A stretch of DNA of 64,000 nt from an uncultured Bdellovibrionales bacterium (GCA_964469265.1 CAYXYF010000005.1:26518-90517); one strand, 5' to 3'; counted from the stretch's first letter, positions 9,735 to 19,402 are shown. Made by a program: numbers and translations. The notes: generated by a model from the letters alone, not told the origin.

Positions 9735-9821
9735 AAGAGTCTCAAAATAAGACATATTTTGAGGAGAACTGTTGATACAGTTATCACTCCATAAGAAATT
9801 TTTTTTCAAACTGAGACTCTT
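9735..9821. repeat. Nested inverted-repeat element downstream of citrate synthase
   Basis: AAGAGTCTCA (9735-9744)/TGAGACTCTT (9812-9821); CTCAAAATA/TATTTTGAG (9741-9763); GGAG-AACTG...CAGTT-ATCA-CTCC (9763-9790). Confidence 0.55.
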
Positions 9822-9888
9822 ATTATTTAAATCCCGAAATACTCCGATTGTTATTATATAATTAACAATGTGTGGAGTAATACGTTCA

Positions 9889-10578
9889 ATGAACCCAAAA
9901 ATTCTATTAGTGGGCACCTCTGCGGAGGGGTCCGAGGAAATAAAAAATCTCTTATCTCTAAACAACCAGTACACAGTAACTCTTGTCACTTCCATTAACG
10001 GTGCTGTTGCAAAGCTTGCTCGCGATACATACGGACTTGTGATTTTTGATCATGAAATTCTAACGATGGATAAATTCCTTGTTGCTAAGAAAATCAGAGG
10101 GCTAGGCTATTCCCTTCCGATCCTGTTGCTTGCAAAAGGAGTTGTAAATCAAGTTCGCGATAACATTAAGACTGTCGCAAAGTCTGTTATTTTAGAAAAG
10201 CCCTTAGAGCATAAGCACTTCTATGGCGTGACAAGTAAACTTCTTGCTGGCCGTGAAGTTCCTCACCAGACACACAAGCGCTTTTATACCAATCAAGTTA
10301 CAGTTGTTGAGCAAATGGGTAAAAACATGAAATTTGAAGGAGCCATGCTAAACCTTTCTAAAGGCGGAGCTTATCTTGAGTTAGCGGATAAGGGCGCTGC
10401 GAGTTTAAGCGGTATTATTAAGATGAAAGTAAGCTTAAATGAAATGGACAAACACTATGAAGTGAATGCTCGTGTTGTCTGGAACTCTAAAGGATCAATT
10501 TGGGGTAAGGGCAGTGGAGTTGGTGTAGAGTTTATCCAGGCAAAAGACGTTTACCGAAACTTACTCAATAATCTCTGA
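9889..10578 (+). CDS. Receiver-like plus PilZ domain protein
   Basis: KILLV...LVIFD...PILLL receiver pattern; NLSKGGA and ARVVW...GVGVEF PilZ motifs. Alternative start at 9868. Confidence 0.75.
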   Translation: MNPKILLVGTSAEGSEEIKNLLSLNNQYTVTLVTSINGAVAKLARDTYGLVIFDHEILTMDKFLVAKKIRGLGYSLPILLLAKGVVNQVRDNIKTVAKSVILEKPLEHKHFYGVTSKLLAGREVPHQTHKRFYTNQVTVVEQMGKNMKFEGAMLNLSKGGAYLELADKGAASLSGIIKMKVSLNEMDKHYEVNARVVWNSKGSIWGKGSGVGVEFIQAKDVYRNLLNNL

Positions 10579-11267
10579 TGTTCGGTGTTGAGCCACAAAC
10601 TTTCAAAAATCTTTTGTTCGTTTTTTGAGCCCAATTTTTTAATTTTTTCAAAAGGAATCTGCGGAAGATTCCTTTGTTTTTTTATATAGTCCTGTGCCCG
10701 CTCAAGAAGTTGCTGCGTTGGCAATACTTCATCAACTAATCCGATATTCTTAGCGGCATAACTTGAGAAGCATTTTGCTTCGAGCATTAGCCTTATAAGG
10801 TTTTTGTGGTGGATGCGTTTCACTAAGCGAGATCCTCCGCCCCAGCCCAAGGACAATCCGATTTTTCTTTGCCAGAATCCAAAAAGTGGATGGGGAGCTG
10901 CAAGAATAAGGTCAAACGCCGAAATAAGTTCTATGCCGCCACCAAAACAATCGCCAGATATACAACAAACTGTCGGAAAAGGGGCGTTCTCTAGGCTTTT
11001 AAGAGCCGCTGAGATTTTTTTATTGATTTCGATTCCTTGTTTTTTTGTTTTTAGTTTTGCGTAATCTGATAAATTTCCACCAGAGCAAAACGTTTTATCC
11101 GAAGAGGTGAAAATGAATCCGACACATTTTTTCTTTTTTGCTAACTTAAGAATTTCTATTAGTTCTTTGGCACAAGCTAAGCTAAACGCATTTGCTGATT
11201 TTGAATAATGAAAATCAGCAATGAGTATGTTTTGGTTGATCGTCGTCTTGAAAAACTGAAACTTCAT
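10551..11267 (-). CDS. Enoyl-CoA hydratase/isomerase family protein
   Basis: FCSGGNL, GDCFGGGIELISAFD, IGLSLGWGGG. Confidence 0.85.
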   Translation of the reverse strand: MKFQFFKTTINQNILIADFHYSKSANAFSLACAKELIEILKLAKKKKCVGFIFTSSDKTFCSGGNLSDYAKLKTKKQGIEINKKISAALKSLENAPFPTVCCISGDCFGGGIELISAFDLILAAPHPLFGFWQRKIGLSLGWGGGSRLVKRIHHKNLIRLMLEAKCFSSYAAKNIGLVDEVLPTQQLLERAQDYIKKQRNLPQIPFEKIKKLGSKNEQKIFESLWLNTEHQRLLSKFR

Positions 11268-11272
11268 AAAGT

Positions 11273-12094
11273 TTAATTGTGATTGGGCGGAGGTGGTTCT
11301 TTTCCAGGGATAAAGTTAATAAGCTCTCGGCAAACCTCTGCTGGGTGCTTACTGCCCTCGACCTCAAGTAGAATATTGTAACAAGTCTTAATGTTAGAAG
11401 CGAGGTAAGGGAGTTCTCCTGAAAAAGAAGTCACATAGTGGACCCTTTGAGTATCGCCGTTGGCATCTTTTCCAATCATGTCATATTCAAGGTAATTGAC
11501 ATCAATCTCGCAGTTTTCAAAGCCATAACAGCGACCTTCTTTAATAAGGGCTGCAGGTAATTTTTCTTTCTTCGTGTATTTGGCCAATGAAAAGAAAATA
11601 TTTTCTTTAGGTTCTTCAAGGCCTGAAAAGAGCCAAAAGTTTTGTTCAGGTGGAAGCTCACAGTCGCTATACCAAAGAAAATAAGGCGGCGTTATAAATC
11701 GGCACTTCCATTCTTTTTGCAGGCTAATGGGCGGCTCTTCTGTTCCCGTAGGCTCATCGTAATCTGTGACCAGTACACTGAGATCACGGGTGTTGTAAGA
11801 GTTTCCCTCAAGGGTTAAAACTTCATTGGCGGCATCCAGAACCTGTGCTGCTTGATATCCTAATCCTTGAAAGCTTCCAGTGTATAAACGAGCTGAGATT
11901 CTAAAAAGGGCCCACTCATCCTGACCCATTTCCATGGGAGTAATCCCGCCAGTGGCTTGGACAAAAGCATTTTGAATTCCACTCAGACCTACAGCAGTGC
12001 CAGGAAGATCATCTTGTAAGGGTTTTTCTTCCAAACATGACGTGAGTACCAGGGCCATTAAAGCCACTAAAGAAGCTAGTTTAAGTGATTTCAT
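11273..12094 (-). CDS. Hypothetical lipoprotein
   Basis: Signal peptide with lipobox MKSLKLASLVALMALVLTS-C. Confidence 0.7.
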   Translation of the reverse strand: MKSLKLASLVALMALVLTSCLEEKPLQDDLPGTAVGLSGIQNAFVQATGGITPMEMGQDEWALFRISARLYTGSFQGLGYQAAQVLDAANEVLTLEGNSYNTRDLSVLVTDYDEPTGTEEPPISLQKEWKCRFITPPYFLWYSDCELPPEQNFWLFSGLEEPKENIFFSLAKYTKKEKLPAALIKEGRCYGFENCEIDVNYLEYDMIGKDANGDTQRVHYVTSFSGELPYLASNIKTCYNILLEVEGSKHPAEVCRELINFIPGKEPPPPNHN

Positions 12095-12096
12095 AA

Positions 12097-13218
12097 TTAT
12101 ATTGAATCCCAACCACCAAGCCAAAAAGGAATGGGGAATATTTTTTCAAGTTGTTCAGCAGCCTTCGGATCAAAACCTTTAACCTCTGAGAATCTGCGCG
12201 GCCCAAATATTAATGGGATGATATCAACGGGGCTATCGGATTTGAGATACTGTTCTGTTGTGCCGATTCGATATTCATCGCCTTCTTTTTCTAGCACTAA
12301 GTTTGTCATTCCAAGATCTCCACGGGCATGGCGATGGATTTTCTTAAAGAATGCGTCTTCATTGAGAAGCTTAATCATCCCAAGAAAGCCTTCATTCTTT
12401 TGTGCTCCTCGCTCAACAGACTTCTCAATAAGGTTTGAAGCGTGGGCTGGTGCAATAATAGTAATGGGTTTGTTTTGATCTTGTTGAATATACTTTAGGA
12501 GCTCAAGGATCTTAGAAACTCCTCCGCCCCATTCATGGATATAGCCGCCAAGGTCCGCTCCTTTGCCCTCAACACAGTAGGCACCCAAGGAACCGTCGGG
12601 ATTCCAAAGACTGTAGACATTAGAGTTTGGAATATTTAAGTACTTTTTGACCTCATCGGGATTTCTAAAGGTTGATACTGTATGTTTACTCATGAGCTTA
12701 TGAAGAGCCATTGGGTCAATGTGGGGCGATTTTAAAATTTTACATTGGGGATCAAGGGAGACCTTAAACGTCTCATCAATCAGTAAGCTAATCTCATAGC
12801 CTGCAAGTGCAAATCCTATTTTTTGGTAGAAGTCATAGAGGTTCGTCCAAAGAATTGCGATATCGCAGTCCTGTTTTTTCGCAAGATCAAGGCAATCATT
12901 AAGGACCGTGCGAGAGAGACCCTTATTGCGGTATCCTTCATGAGTGACTACGCTTCCGATGGCGCCAACCTTCAGAATCGCAATGGGAGTTTTTACTATG
13001 TGCGGTTTTAGTGCCGCATGTGAAAGAACGGTTTCTCCTTCGGTAATAACCCTCAGGTTATGAATGTTCTCTTTGCTTAAAGCAGTCGGGTATTCTGTTG
13101 CAATGGACCAATTGCTTTTAGGTCTTAGAGAGTGATCTAAGAACTGAACGACACTTGGGTACTCGTCAGCCGTCGGTGCATGGGCGCTTGGGGGGCTATT
13201 TTGTTGTAGTTTATCCAT
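12097..13218 (-). CDS. GNAT family N-acetyltransferase (Eis-like)
   Basis: IGSVVTHEGYRNKGLS acetyl-CoA-binding motif, FYQKIGF; 373 aa multi-domain length. Confidence 0.8.
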   Translation of the reverse strand: MDKLQQNSPPSAHAPTADEYPSVVQFLDHSLRPKSNWSIATEYPTALSKENIHNLRVITEGETVLSHAALKPHIVKTPIAILKVGAIGSVVTHEGYRNKGLSRTVLNDCLDLAKKQDCDIAILWTNLYDFYQKIGFALAGYEISLLIDETFKVSLDPQCKILKSPHIDPMALHKLMSKHTVSTFRNPDEVKKYLNIPNSNVYSLWNPDGSLGAYCVEGKGADLGGYIHEWGGGVSKILELLKYIQQDQNKPITIIAPAHASNLIEKSVERGAQKNEGFLGMIKLLNEDAFFKKIHRHARGDLGMTNLVLEKEGDEYRIGTTEQYLKSDSPVDIIPLIFGPRRFSEVKGFDPKAAEQLEKIFPIPFWLGGWDSI

Positions 13219-13285
13219 AGGTTAAGTATAGCAAAGAACCTAATTGCATAATCTACTTAGCAGATGAATTTAGACTATAGCCTGT

Positions 13286-13314
13286 TTGACAGCCCTAAAC
13301 GAAAGTCCTATAAA
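13286..13314 (+). promoter_or_regulatory. sigma70-type promoter of ferredoxin-nth
   Basis: TTGACA-N17-TATAAA. Confidence 0.65.
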
Positions 13315-13323
13315 TATGGCCTT

Positions 13324-13563
13324 ATGGCCGATAAATCAGACAAATGGGAAGAAAACAAACCAGGCAAATTCTATGTCGATCAATCCTGTATTTCTTGTGA
13401 TGCTTGTGTTTGTGCTGCACCCGATAACTTTACAATGAACGATGAAGACGGCCATGCCTACGTCATTAAACAGCCGTCGACGCCTGAAGAAGAAGAAGCT
13501 TGCAAAGAGGCAATGGAAGGCTGTCCTGTAGAAGCTATTGGTAACGACGGCGACAAAGAGTAA
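13324..13563 (+). CDS. Ferredoxin (single-cluster 3Fe-4S/4Fe-4S type)
   Basis: CISCDAC...CPVEAI. Confidence 0.88.
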   Translation: MADKSDKWEENKPGKFYVDQSCISCDACVCAAPDNFTMNDEDGHAYVIKQPSTPEEEEACKEAMEGCPVEAIGNDGDKE

Positions 13564-14216
13564 TGCCTAGGTCTTTTAAAGAAACAATTCCTGAAAAAAA
13601 ACTTCGCGCAAAAAAAATCGTCAATCTTTTAAAGAAGCATTATCCAGATGCTCATTGCGCCCTTGATCACAAAAACGCATTTCAACTTTTGATTGCCACC
13701 ATCTTGTCGGCTCAATGTACAGATCAGCGAGTAAACCTTGTCACCCCAGCTTTATTTAAGAGGTTTCCAAAACCTCAGAGTTATATTGGTGCAGACGTCG
13801 AAGAGATCGAAAATCTTGTTCGCACGACAGGATTTTACAAAAATAAAGCAAGAAACATCAAGGCCTGCGCAGAGCAGCTGGTAGAGCTGCACAAAGGAAA
13901 AGTTCCGCAAACAATGGAAGAGCTTTATGCTCTTCCAGGTGTAGGGCGCAAAACCGCGAACGTTGTTTTGGGAAATATTTTTGACGTGCCTTCAATGGTT
14001 GTCGATACCCACGTGACCCGAGTTTCGAATCGTTTAGGTTTTGTTAAAGGTACTAATGCGGTGAAACTTGAAATGGACTTGCAAAAAATTATTCCAGAAA
14101 AAGATTGGACGATGTATTCCCATTACATCATTACCCATGGTCGTACGATATGTAAGGCGCGCAAGCCAGATTGTAAGAACTGTTTTTTAAACTATTTGTG
14201 TCCGCAATTGATTTAA
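13563..14216 (+). CDS. nth: Endonuclease III
   Basis: LSAQCTD, LPGVGRKTANVV HhH motif, VDTHV, CKARKPDCKNC Fe-S motif. Confidence 0.95.
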   Translation: MPRSFKETIPEKKLRAKKIVNLLKKHYPDAHCALDHKNAFQLLIATILSAQCTDQRVNLVTPALFKRFPKPQSYIGADVEEIENLVRTTGFYKNKARNIKACAEQLVELHKGKVPQTMEELYALPGVGRKTANVVLGNIFDVPSMVVDTHVTRVSNRLGFVKGTNAVKLEMDLQKIIPEKDWTMYSHYIITHGRTICKARKPDCKNCFLNYLCPQLI

Positions 14217-14261
14217 TTATTTCTACGTCTTTTAAACAGATCCAAAAACCAATTTGATTTC

Positions 14262-15257
14262 TCAGTTTTTCTCTGCAAGTTGCCGGGGTCGGTCCTGCAG
14301 CTGGTAATTGATGAAAACCTTCAGACCTTTTTCCATTTTTCCGAAGTAAACAGGAGCGAGCTGTGAGTTTGTTGTGGGGAGTTCAACAGTGAGAGTAGGT
14401 ATACCCTTATGCTTGCCAGCGTAGTTGCCAAGGCTTCCAGGGAATGTACCCCAAGGATAAAATGTTAAGCCCGTTGCAGACTTATCTAACTGTTGTTTTA
14501 AAAGGTCACAGGATTCAATGTAGCTTCTTGTAAACTTCATTGCGGCAGCCCCACTTGTTCCGTGGGAAGGGCCGTCAAAATCCAAGTGATTAAGAGGCGA
14601 GTGAACGCTTAAAATCTTTGCGGGTTTAAATTCATCAATGAGCCACTTTTGAAAAATAATTTCAGGCTCTGAGGCGGCTCGGTCCCCTGGATAATAACGT
14701 CTCTGCGATCCGTATCTTTCTTTCCAGAGCTTAAGTGCCTTCTCATCCCATTCTGGCGTATCAAAATTCCGATTCAAATCGACCTTGTTGTAATTGGTTC
14801 GGGTCCCATTGCGATATCTTAAAAAGCCATCGGGGTTTACGATAGGAGCTACCACAATAAATGCATCTTTGCAGAGTTCTGGGCGAGCTTTGAGCCACTC
14901 GACAAGACGGAATCCAAAATAAACTGGGGTGACTTCATCACCATGGACCGCAGAAAGAATTAAAGACGAATTGTCACTTTTAGGATCACCACACGTCCAG
15001 TAGACGAGCGGTAAGCCATTTACGCTTCGGCCGTTGTGTGACCAGCCAGAGCTAGTGAATAAACTCAAGTCCCACGACCACTTCTTACTAGTGATACGAC
15101 TGCGTAATTGATTTATGAGGTCCTCTATTGTAGCCTCAGGTGCCTTAGAGATCTTCGATGGGGTTACTTTGTTTTGCTCAGCGTAAACTTTGCCATCGTT
15201 TTTGTTCGCATTTATCAATGTAATTGTTAAGATTGTAACCAAAATTAGAAACTTCAT
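14262..15257 (-). CDS. M14 zinc peptidase, murein tripeptide amidase MpaA-like, with signal peptide
   Basis: HGDE, NPDG, RTN...VDLNRNF, SVHS, PGSLG, TVELP; hydrophobic N-terminus MKFLILVTILTITLINA. Confidence 0.8.
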   Translation of the reverse strand: MKFLILVTILTITLINANKNDGKVYAEQNKVTPSKISKAPEATIEDLINQLRSRITSKKWSWDLSLFTSSGWSHNGRSVNGLPLVYWTCGDPKSDNSSLILSAVHGDEVTPVYFGFRLVEWLKARPELCKDAFIVVAPIVNPDGFLRYRNGTRTNYNKVDLNRNFDTPEWDEKALKLWKERYGSQRRYYPGDRAASEPEIIFQKWLIDEFKPAKILSVHSPLNHLDFDGPSHGTSGAAAMKFTRSYIESCDLLKQQLDKSATGLTFYPWGTFPGSLGNYAGKHKGIPTLTVELPTTNSQLAPVYFGKMEKGLKVFINYQLQDRPRQLAEKN

Positions 15258-15308
15258 AGATACATCTAAATTTGACATTCAGATGAATAACTTGCAAGGA
15301 ATATAACA

Positions 15309-15791
15309 ATGTTAGCCGCCTTTTTTGAGAGCATAAAATATGTTGGGCATCTGTATCCTGTTGCTTTTTTAAGAATTTATGTGGGTTATCATTGGCTGAA
15401 TCAAGCACTAAGCGACTATCAAACTGGACTTTTTACCTCACAAATCTACATCCAGCAGGTCGCATCTTCTGATTACGTTTATAGTTTTCCTGCTTGGTAC
15501 AAAGGACTCTTTGATGCGATTGCGCTTCCGTATTGGTCCATCACAAGTCATGTCATTTTAGGAATGAGTTTCCTAGTGGGCCTTTCATTTGTATTAGGAT
15601 TTATGATACGGCCACTCGGAATAATTGGAATTTTAATCTCATTTCACCACATCGTATTTAGTATGGGTTATCATAATCTGCTTCACTCTACTTTTGTGGC
15701 ATTGTTTGTTACAATGGTAGCTATCGGAGCTGGCCGCTGTGTTGGTTTTGACTATTACTTCTACAAAAGAAATCGCGGCCTTTGGTGGTAA
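15309..15791 (+). CDS. DoxX-family membrane protein
   Basis: AFLRIYVGYHWL and GAGR..GFD motifs; several TM segments. Confidence 0.7.
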   Translation: MLAAFFESIKYVGHLYPVAFLRIYVGYHWLNQALSDYQTGLFTSQIYIQQVASSDYVYSFPAWYKGLFDAIALPYWSITSHVILGMSFLVGLSFVLGFMIRPLGIIGILISFHHIVFSMGYHNLLHSTFVALFVTMVAIGAGRCVGFDYYFYKRNRGLWW

Positions 15792-15792
15792 T

Positions 15793-16809
15793 ATGCGAAA
15801 GTATTTAGCGATTATAGGAATACCGACGGTTCTTATTTCGCTTTCAATATATATCTACTACGAATCATCTGAAAACGGTCCTGACAACCTGACTGTTTAC
15901 ACGTACTCAAGCTTCTCAAGTAGTTGGGGGCCCGCCCACGAGTTAAGACGAGAATTTAAAAAGTGGTCTGGTTTTAGTGTAGAGTTTGTTGATGCTGGAG
16001 AAGCTGGCGTCATTATGCAGAGACTAAGCTTAGAGCAAGATAAACCAAAAGCCGATATAGTCCTCGGTCTTGATCAATTTCAAATCAACGATCCAGGAGT
16101 CAGAAGTTTTTTCAACCCTTTACCCGATTACGAGTTCGATAAAAATCCGAAGATCTCTGACGATAAAATTAGAGACTCCCACTTCATTGCTTACAACTGG
16201 GCACCAATGGCTTTTGTCTATCGCCATGCCGAGATCGAAAATCCACCACGTGAACTCGACGATTTTACTAAAGAAGAAAGAACACGGAAAATTATCTTGC
16301 TTGATCCTAGAACCAGCAGTCCAGGTTTTATTTTTTTTAGTTGGTTACTCCAAGAAAGAGGAGAGAAGGGCGCTAAAGATTTTTTATCACAAATACGCAG
16401 AAATGTTTACACCGTGGCGCCTTCTTGGAGTGCGGGATACGGGATGTTTAAAAAAAAGCAATCCTCATATATTTTCTCTTACGTAACATCTCCCATATTT
16501 CATTGGGTTGAAGAAGGCGATCCAGACTACCGAGCGCTAAAGTTAAAAGACCCAATGCCCTATCACATCGAATATGTCGGCGTTGTTGCTTCTTCTGGAA
16601 AAAAATCTCAAGGACAGCGCTTTATCGAATTTCTTTTAACTCCGCCCGCGCAAGAAATTATAATGAATAAAAACTATATGCTTCCCGTGGTGAGCGGTGT
16701 CGCAGAGAATACTCCTTTTGAGAATGTGGACGATATTGAGTTGATAGATTTAGATACAACCATTCCAGTCCAGAGCGTGCTTGACGTGTGGAAAGCCCTC
16801 ACATGGTAA
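15793..16809 (+). CDS. thiB: Thiamine-type ABC transporter substrate-binding protein
   Basis: LTVYTYSSFSSSWGP, ADIVLGLD, DPRTSSPG, WSAGYGMF, SYVTSP. Confidence 0.8.
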   Translation: MRKYLAIIGIPTVLISLSIYIYYESSENGPDNLTVYTYSSFSSSWGPAHELRREFKKWSGFSVEFVDAGEAGVIMQRLSLEQDKPKADIVLGLDQFQINDPGVRSFFNPLPDYEFDKNPKISDDKIRDSHFIAYNWAPMAFVYRHAEIENPPRELDDFTKEERTRKIILLDPRTSSPGFIFFSWLLQERGEKGAKDFLSQIRRNVYTVAPSWSAGYGMFKKKQSSYIFSYVTSPIFHWVEEGDPDYRALKLKDPMPYHIEYVGVVASSGKKSQGQRFIEFLLTPPAQEIIMNKNYMLPVVSGVAENTPFENVDDIELIDLDTTIPVQSVLDVWKALTW

Positions 16810-18239
16810 GAGGGGTATTTCTTTTTCTTATATTCTCTTTAATGCTCTCCCCATATCTTTTTTTAATCGATGAACTGCGAGCAATCTCTTTAAATTTGAG
16901 TGAAGTATGGCCTGCATTTCTAAATACGTTTATTCAGTCTGCCCTTAGTGCAATGTTTGCAATACTGGCGGGCTTTGCCGCGGGAATTAGCCTTTGTGTG
17001 ATTTCCTCTCGTGTTTTAAAAAAATCGCAGAGTTTTATGGATATGTACTGTTTGATTCCCTCCTTTATCCCAGCACTGTTTTTTGTAACTGCGGCCTTGC
17101 AAATCCTGAGGCCATTTCCCTTTGGGTTAGTTGGGATAATTATAATTCATACGCTAATGTATGTAGGAATCGTAGCGCTGTTTTTTAAATCCATCATCCA
17201 GTCGAAGTTTATATCTATAACCGAGCAAGCTTACGTTGAGGGTGCATCCCAAAGACAGTTAGCTTGGGCGCTGTTTAAGAGTATGAAGTTTGAAGTTTCA
17301 GTGATTTTTTTATTTGTTTTTGTTCAGTGTTTTACGAGCTTTTCTGTACCGCTACTGGTAGGGCATCAAACACTAACCCTTGAAACCTTAATCTACGAAA
17401 AAGTCCGAACGCTGGGTGAAGTTTCCGATGCAATATTTATTAGCCTTATTGAATCCATTTGCGTGATTGCAATTCTTCTTATTTATCGTTCTCCAAGCAC
17501 AGAATTTGGACAAAAGAAGGAGGGCATTCAGGTCTTTAGGTCGATTTGGCCGATAGCATTTATTCTTCTTCCTGTCGGTTTGTTTGTTATGGGTGCGCTC
17601 TATGGTTCCGCTCAAGGAATCACACAATTAACTCAGTTTCCTGGAGGCATCGCGAGCCTAATGCCTTTAATCATTAAAAGTATTGCCGTCTCCGTGTTTA
17701 CTGGAACTTTTCTGATCTTGCTTTTACTGATTTGCACTTACCTTGCGGGAGCGCGAATACTTCATAAATTTTTAATGGGATATATTCCCTTAAGCACAGT
17801 ATTGGTAGCACTAGCCTTTGGAATTTCGAGTGCAACAGAAACTTTTCCGCAAGAACTTAAGGTTGTTTTGGCCTTATCTATTTTATTTCTTCCAGTTTTA
17901 TACCGATTTGAATTTGGAGCACGCATCCATCAATTGAGATCACAAATAGAGTCTGCAACACTGATGGGAGCAAACGATTTTTTGGTTTTTAAAAAAATAC
18001 TGCTCCCTCAAATGTACCCGACAATTTTATTTTTGGCAGGGCTTGGAGCATTCTGGGCGATAGGGGACTTTGCCATCTCTCAAGTCATTTTTGGAAAAGA
18101 GGCAACGCTTGCCCTTTTTATTCAAAACCTCGTGGGCGCCTACCGCGTTGAACTGGCAAATCTTTTGGTTATTTTGTTATTACTTATTGGCTCAGCTGTG
18201 TTTCTATTATTTAAAGAGTTAAACCATGTCTTTGATTAA
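16803..18239 (+). CDS. thiP: ABC transporter permease (ThiP-like, duplicated TMD)
   Basis: Multiple TM segments and two EAA-like loops (EQAYVEGAS, ESATLMGAN). Confidence 0.72.
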   Translation: MVRGVFLFLIFSLMLSPYLFLIDELRAISLNLSEVWPAFLNTFIQSALSAMFAILAGFAAGISLCVISSRVLKKSQSFMDMYCLIPSFIPALFFVTAALQILRPFPFGLVGIIIIHTLMYVGIVALFFKSIIQSKFISITEQAYVEGASQRQLAWALFKSMKFEVSVIFLFVFVQCFTSFSVPLLVGHQTLTLETLIYEKVRTLGEVSDAIFISLIESICVIAILLIYRSPSTEFGQKKEGIQVFRSIWPIAFILLPVGLFVMGALYGSAQGITQLTQFPGGIASLMPLIIKSIAVSVFTGTFLILLLLICTYLAGARILHKFLMGYIPLSTVLVALAFGISSATETFPQELKVVLALSILFLPVLYRFEFGARIHQLRSQIESATLMGANDFLVFKKILLPQMYPTILFLAGLGAFWAIGDFAISQVIFGKEATLALFIQNLVGAYRVELANLLVILLLLIGSAVFLLFKELNHVFD

Positions 18240-18879
18240 GAATATTGATATTACCATTCAAGATTTTTCACTCAAGATTGAATCCTTAGAGATTCCTGAT
18301 CATGGCATTACCGTAATTCAAGGTCCATCAGGCTCAGGCAAGACCACATTTCTAAGGGTATTGATGGGACTTATCCCCGCAAACTTTGAATGGAGTTTTA
18401 AAGGTGAGAACTTAGCAAAACTTGCACCTTCGGAAAGACGCTTAGGTGTTGTATTTCAAGGAGCGGATTTGTTTCCGCATATGAGTGTGAAAGAGAATAT
18501 TTTGTTTCATGCACGCGCTCGGAAAATCCCCAAGACGGACTATACTCAGAGCCTAGAGAGACTGCTTAACATTGCAAAGCTTCAGGGTAAGGCTCAGCAA
18601 AATGTATCAACTCTTTCGGGGGGGGAAATGCAGAGGGTCGCTCTCCTACGAGCACTTAGTGGAAAGCCTAGGATATTGTTATTAGATGAACCCTTCTCGG
18701 CTTTGGACCCAGAGTTAAAGAGTGAAATCAAAGACTTCGTGAAAAAAATCGTTCAAAAGGAGCAAATCCCTTGTCTAATGGTCAGTCACGATCAAAAAGA
18801 TGCTGAAGATTTGGCAGACTTTGTTATCCTCTTTAAGGACGGAAGAGTGACTAATACAACAAAGAGGAAAAAAATATGA
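18226..18879 (+). CDS. thiQ: ABC transporter ATP-binding protein (ThiQ-like)
   Basis: GPSGSGKT, LSGGEMQR, LLLDEPFSALD. Confidence 0.75.
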   Translation: MSLIKNIDITIQDFSLKIESLEIPDHGITVIQGPSGSGKTTFLRVLMGLIPANFEWSFKGENLAKLAPSERRLGVVFQGADLFPHMSVKENILFHARARKIPKTDYTQSLERLLNIAKLQGKAQQNVSTLSGGEMQRVALLRALSGKPRILLLDEPFSALDPELKSEIKDFVKKIVQKEQIPCLMVSHDQKDAEDLADFVILFKDGRVTNTTKRKKI

Positions 18880-19379
18880 TCAAAAATATTTTAATAACAG
18901 CAGCTCTGTTCTTCGGGGTGAATGCTCATGCGGGAATGATTTTTAATCCTTCGGTTTTTTATTTCCACAACGCTGAAGAGCAAGGCACTTCAAAAGCGGA
19001 ATCAACAACTCAGGTGCTTAATTTTAAGTTAGGTTACGGTGCAGCCTCGGGTCTTTATTTAGGTGCTACCTATGATATGGAAAACCGCGATTATGGATCT
19101 TCAGATAGTGACCGTAAATCTTTAGGAGCGTCCATCGGATACTTAACTGGCGGCTGGCAGTTCCTAGGAACCTATTTTGTCACATCCGATTTGGAAAAAA
19201 TGGAAGGCTCAGGGTACGCGGTGGAAATCGGATATGTATTTAAGGTGGGTAGCATTGGTATCGGTCCATTGCTCAGCTATAGACACTGGGAATATGATAA
19301 AAACGACGGTGTTTCAATGGCAGAAAAGTTCACGCAGACAAATATCTATCCGTCTGTTCAGTTTCAATTCACATTCTAA
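18876..19379 (+). CDS. Outer-membrane beta-barrel protein
   Basis: Signal peptide (AHA), alternating aromatic strands, C-terminal QFTF; ATGA overlap with the thiQ-like gene. Confidence 0.7.
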   Translation: MIKNILITAALFFGVNAHAGMIFNPSVFYFHNAEEQGTSKAESTTQVLNFKLGYGAASGLYLGATYDMENRDYGSSDSDRKSLGASIGYLTGGWQFLGTYFVTSDLEKMEGSGYAVEIGYVFKVGSIGIGPLLSYRHWEYDKNDGVSMAEKFTQTNIYPSVQFQFTF

Positions 19380-19402
19380 AAATTGAATTATTAAATTCAA
19401 AT

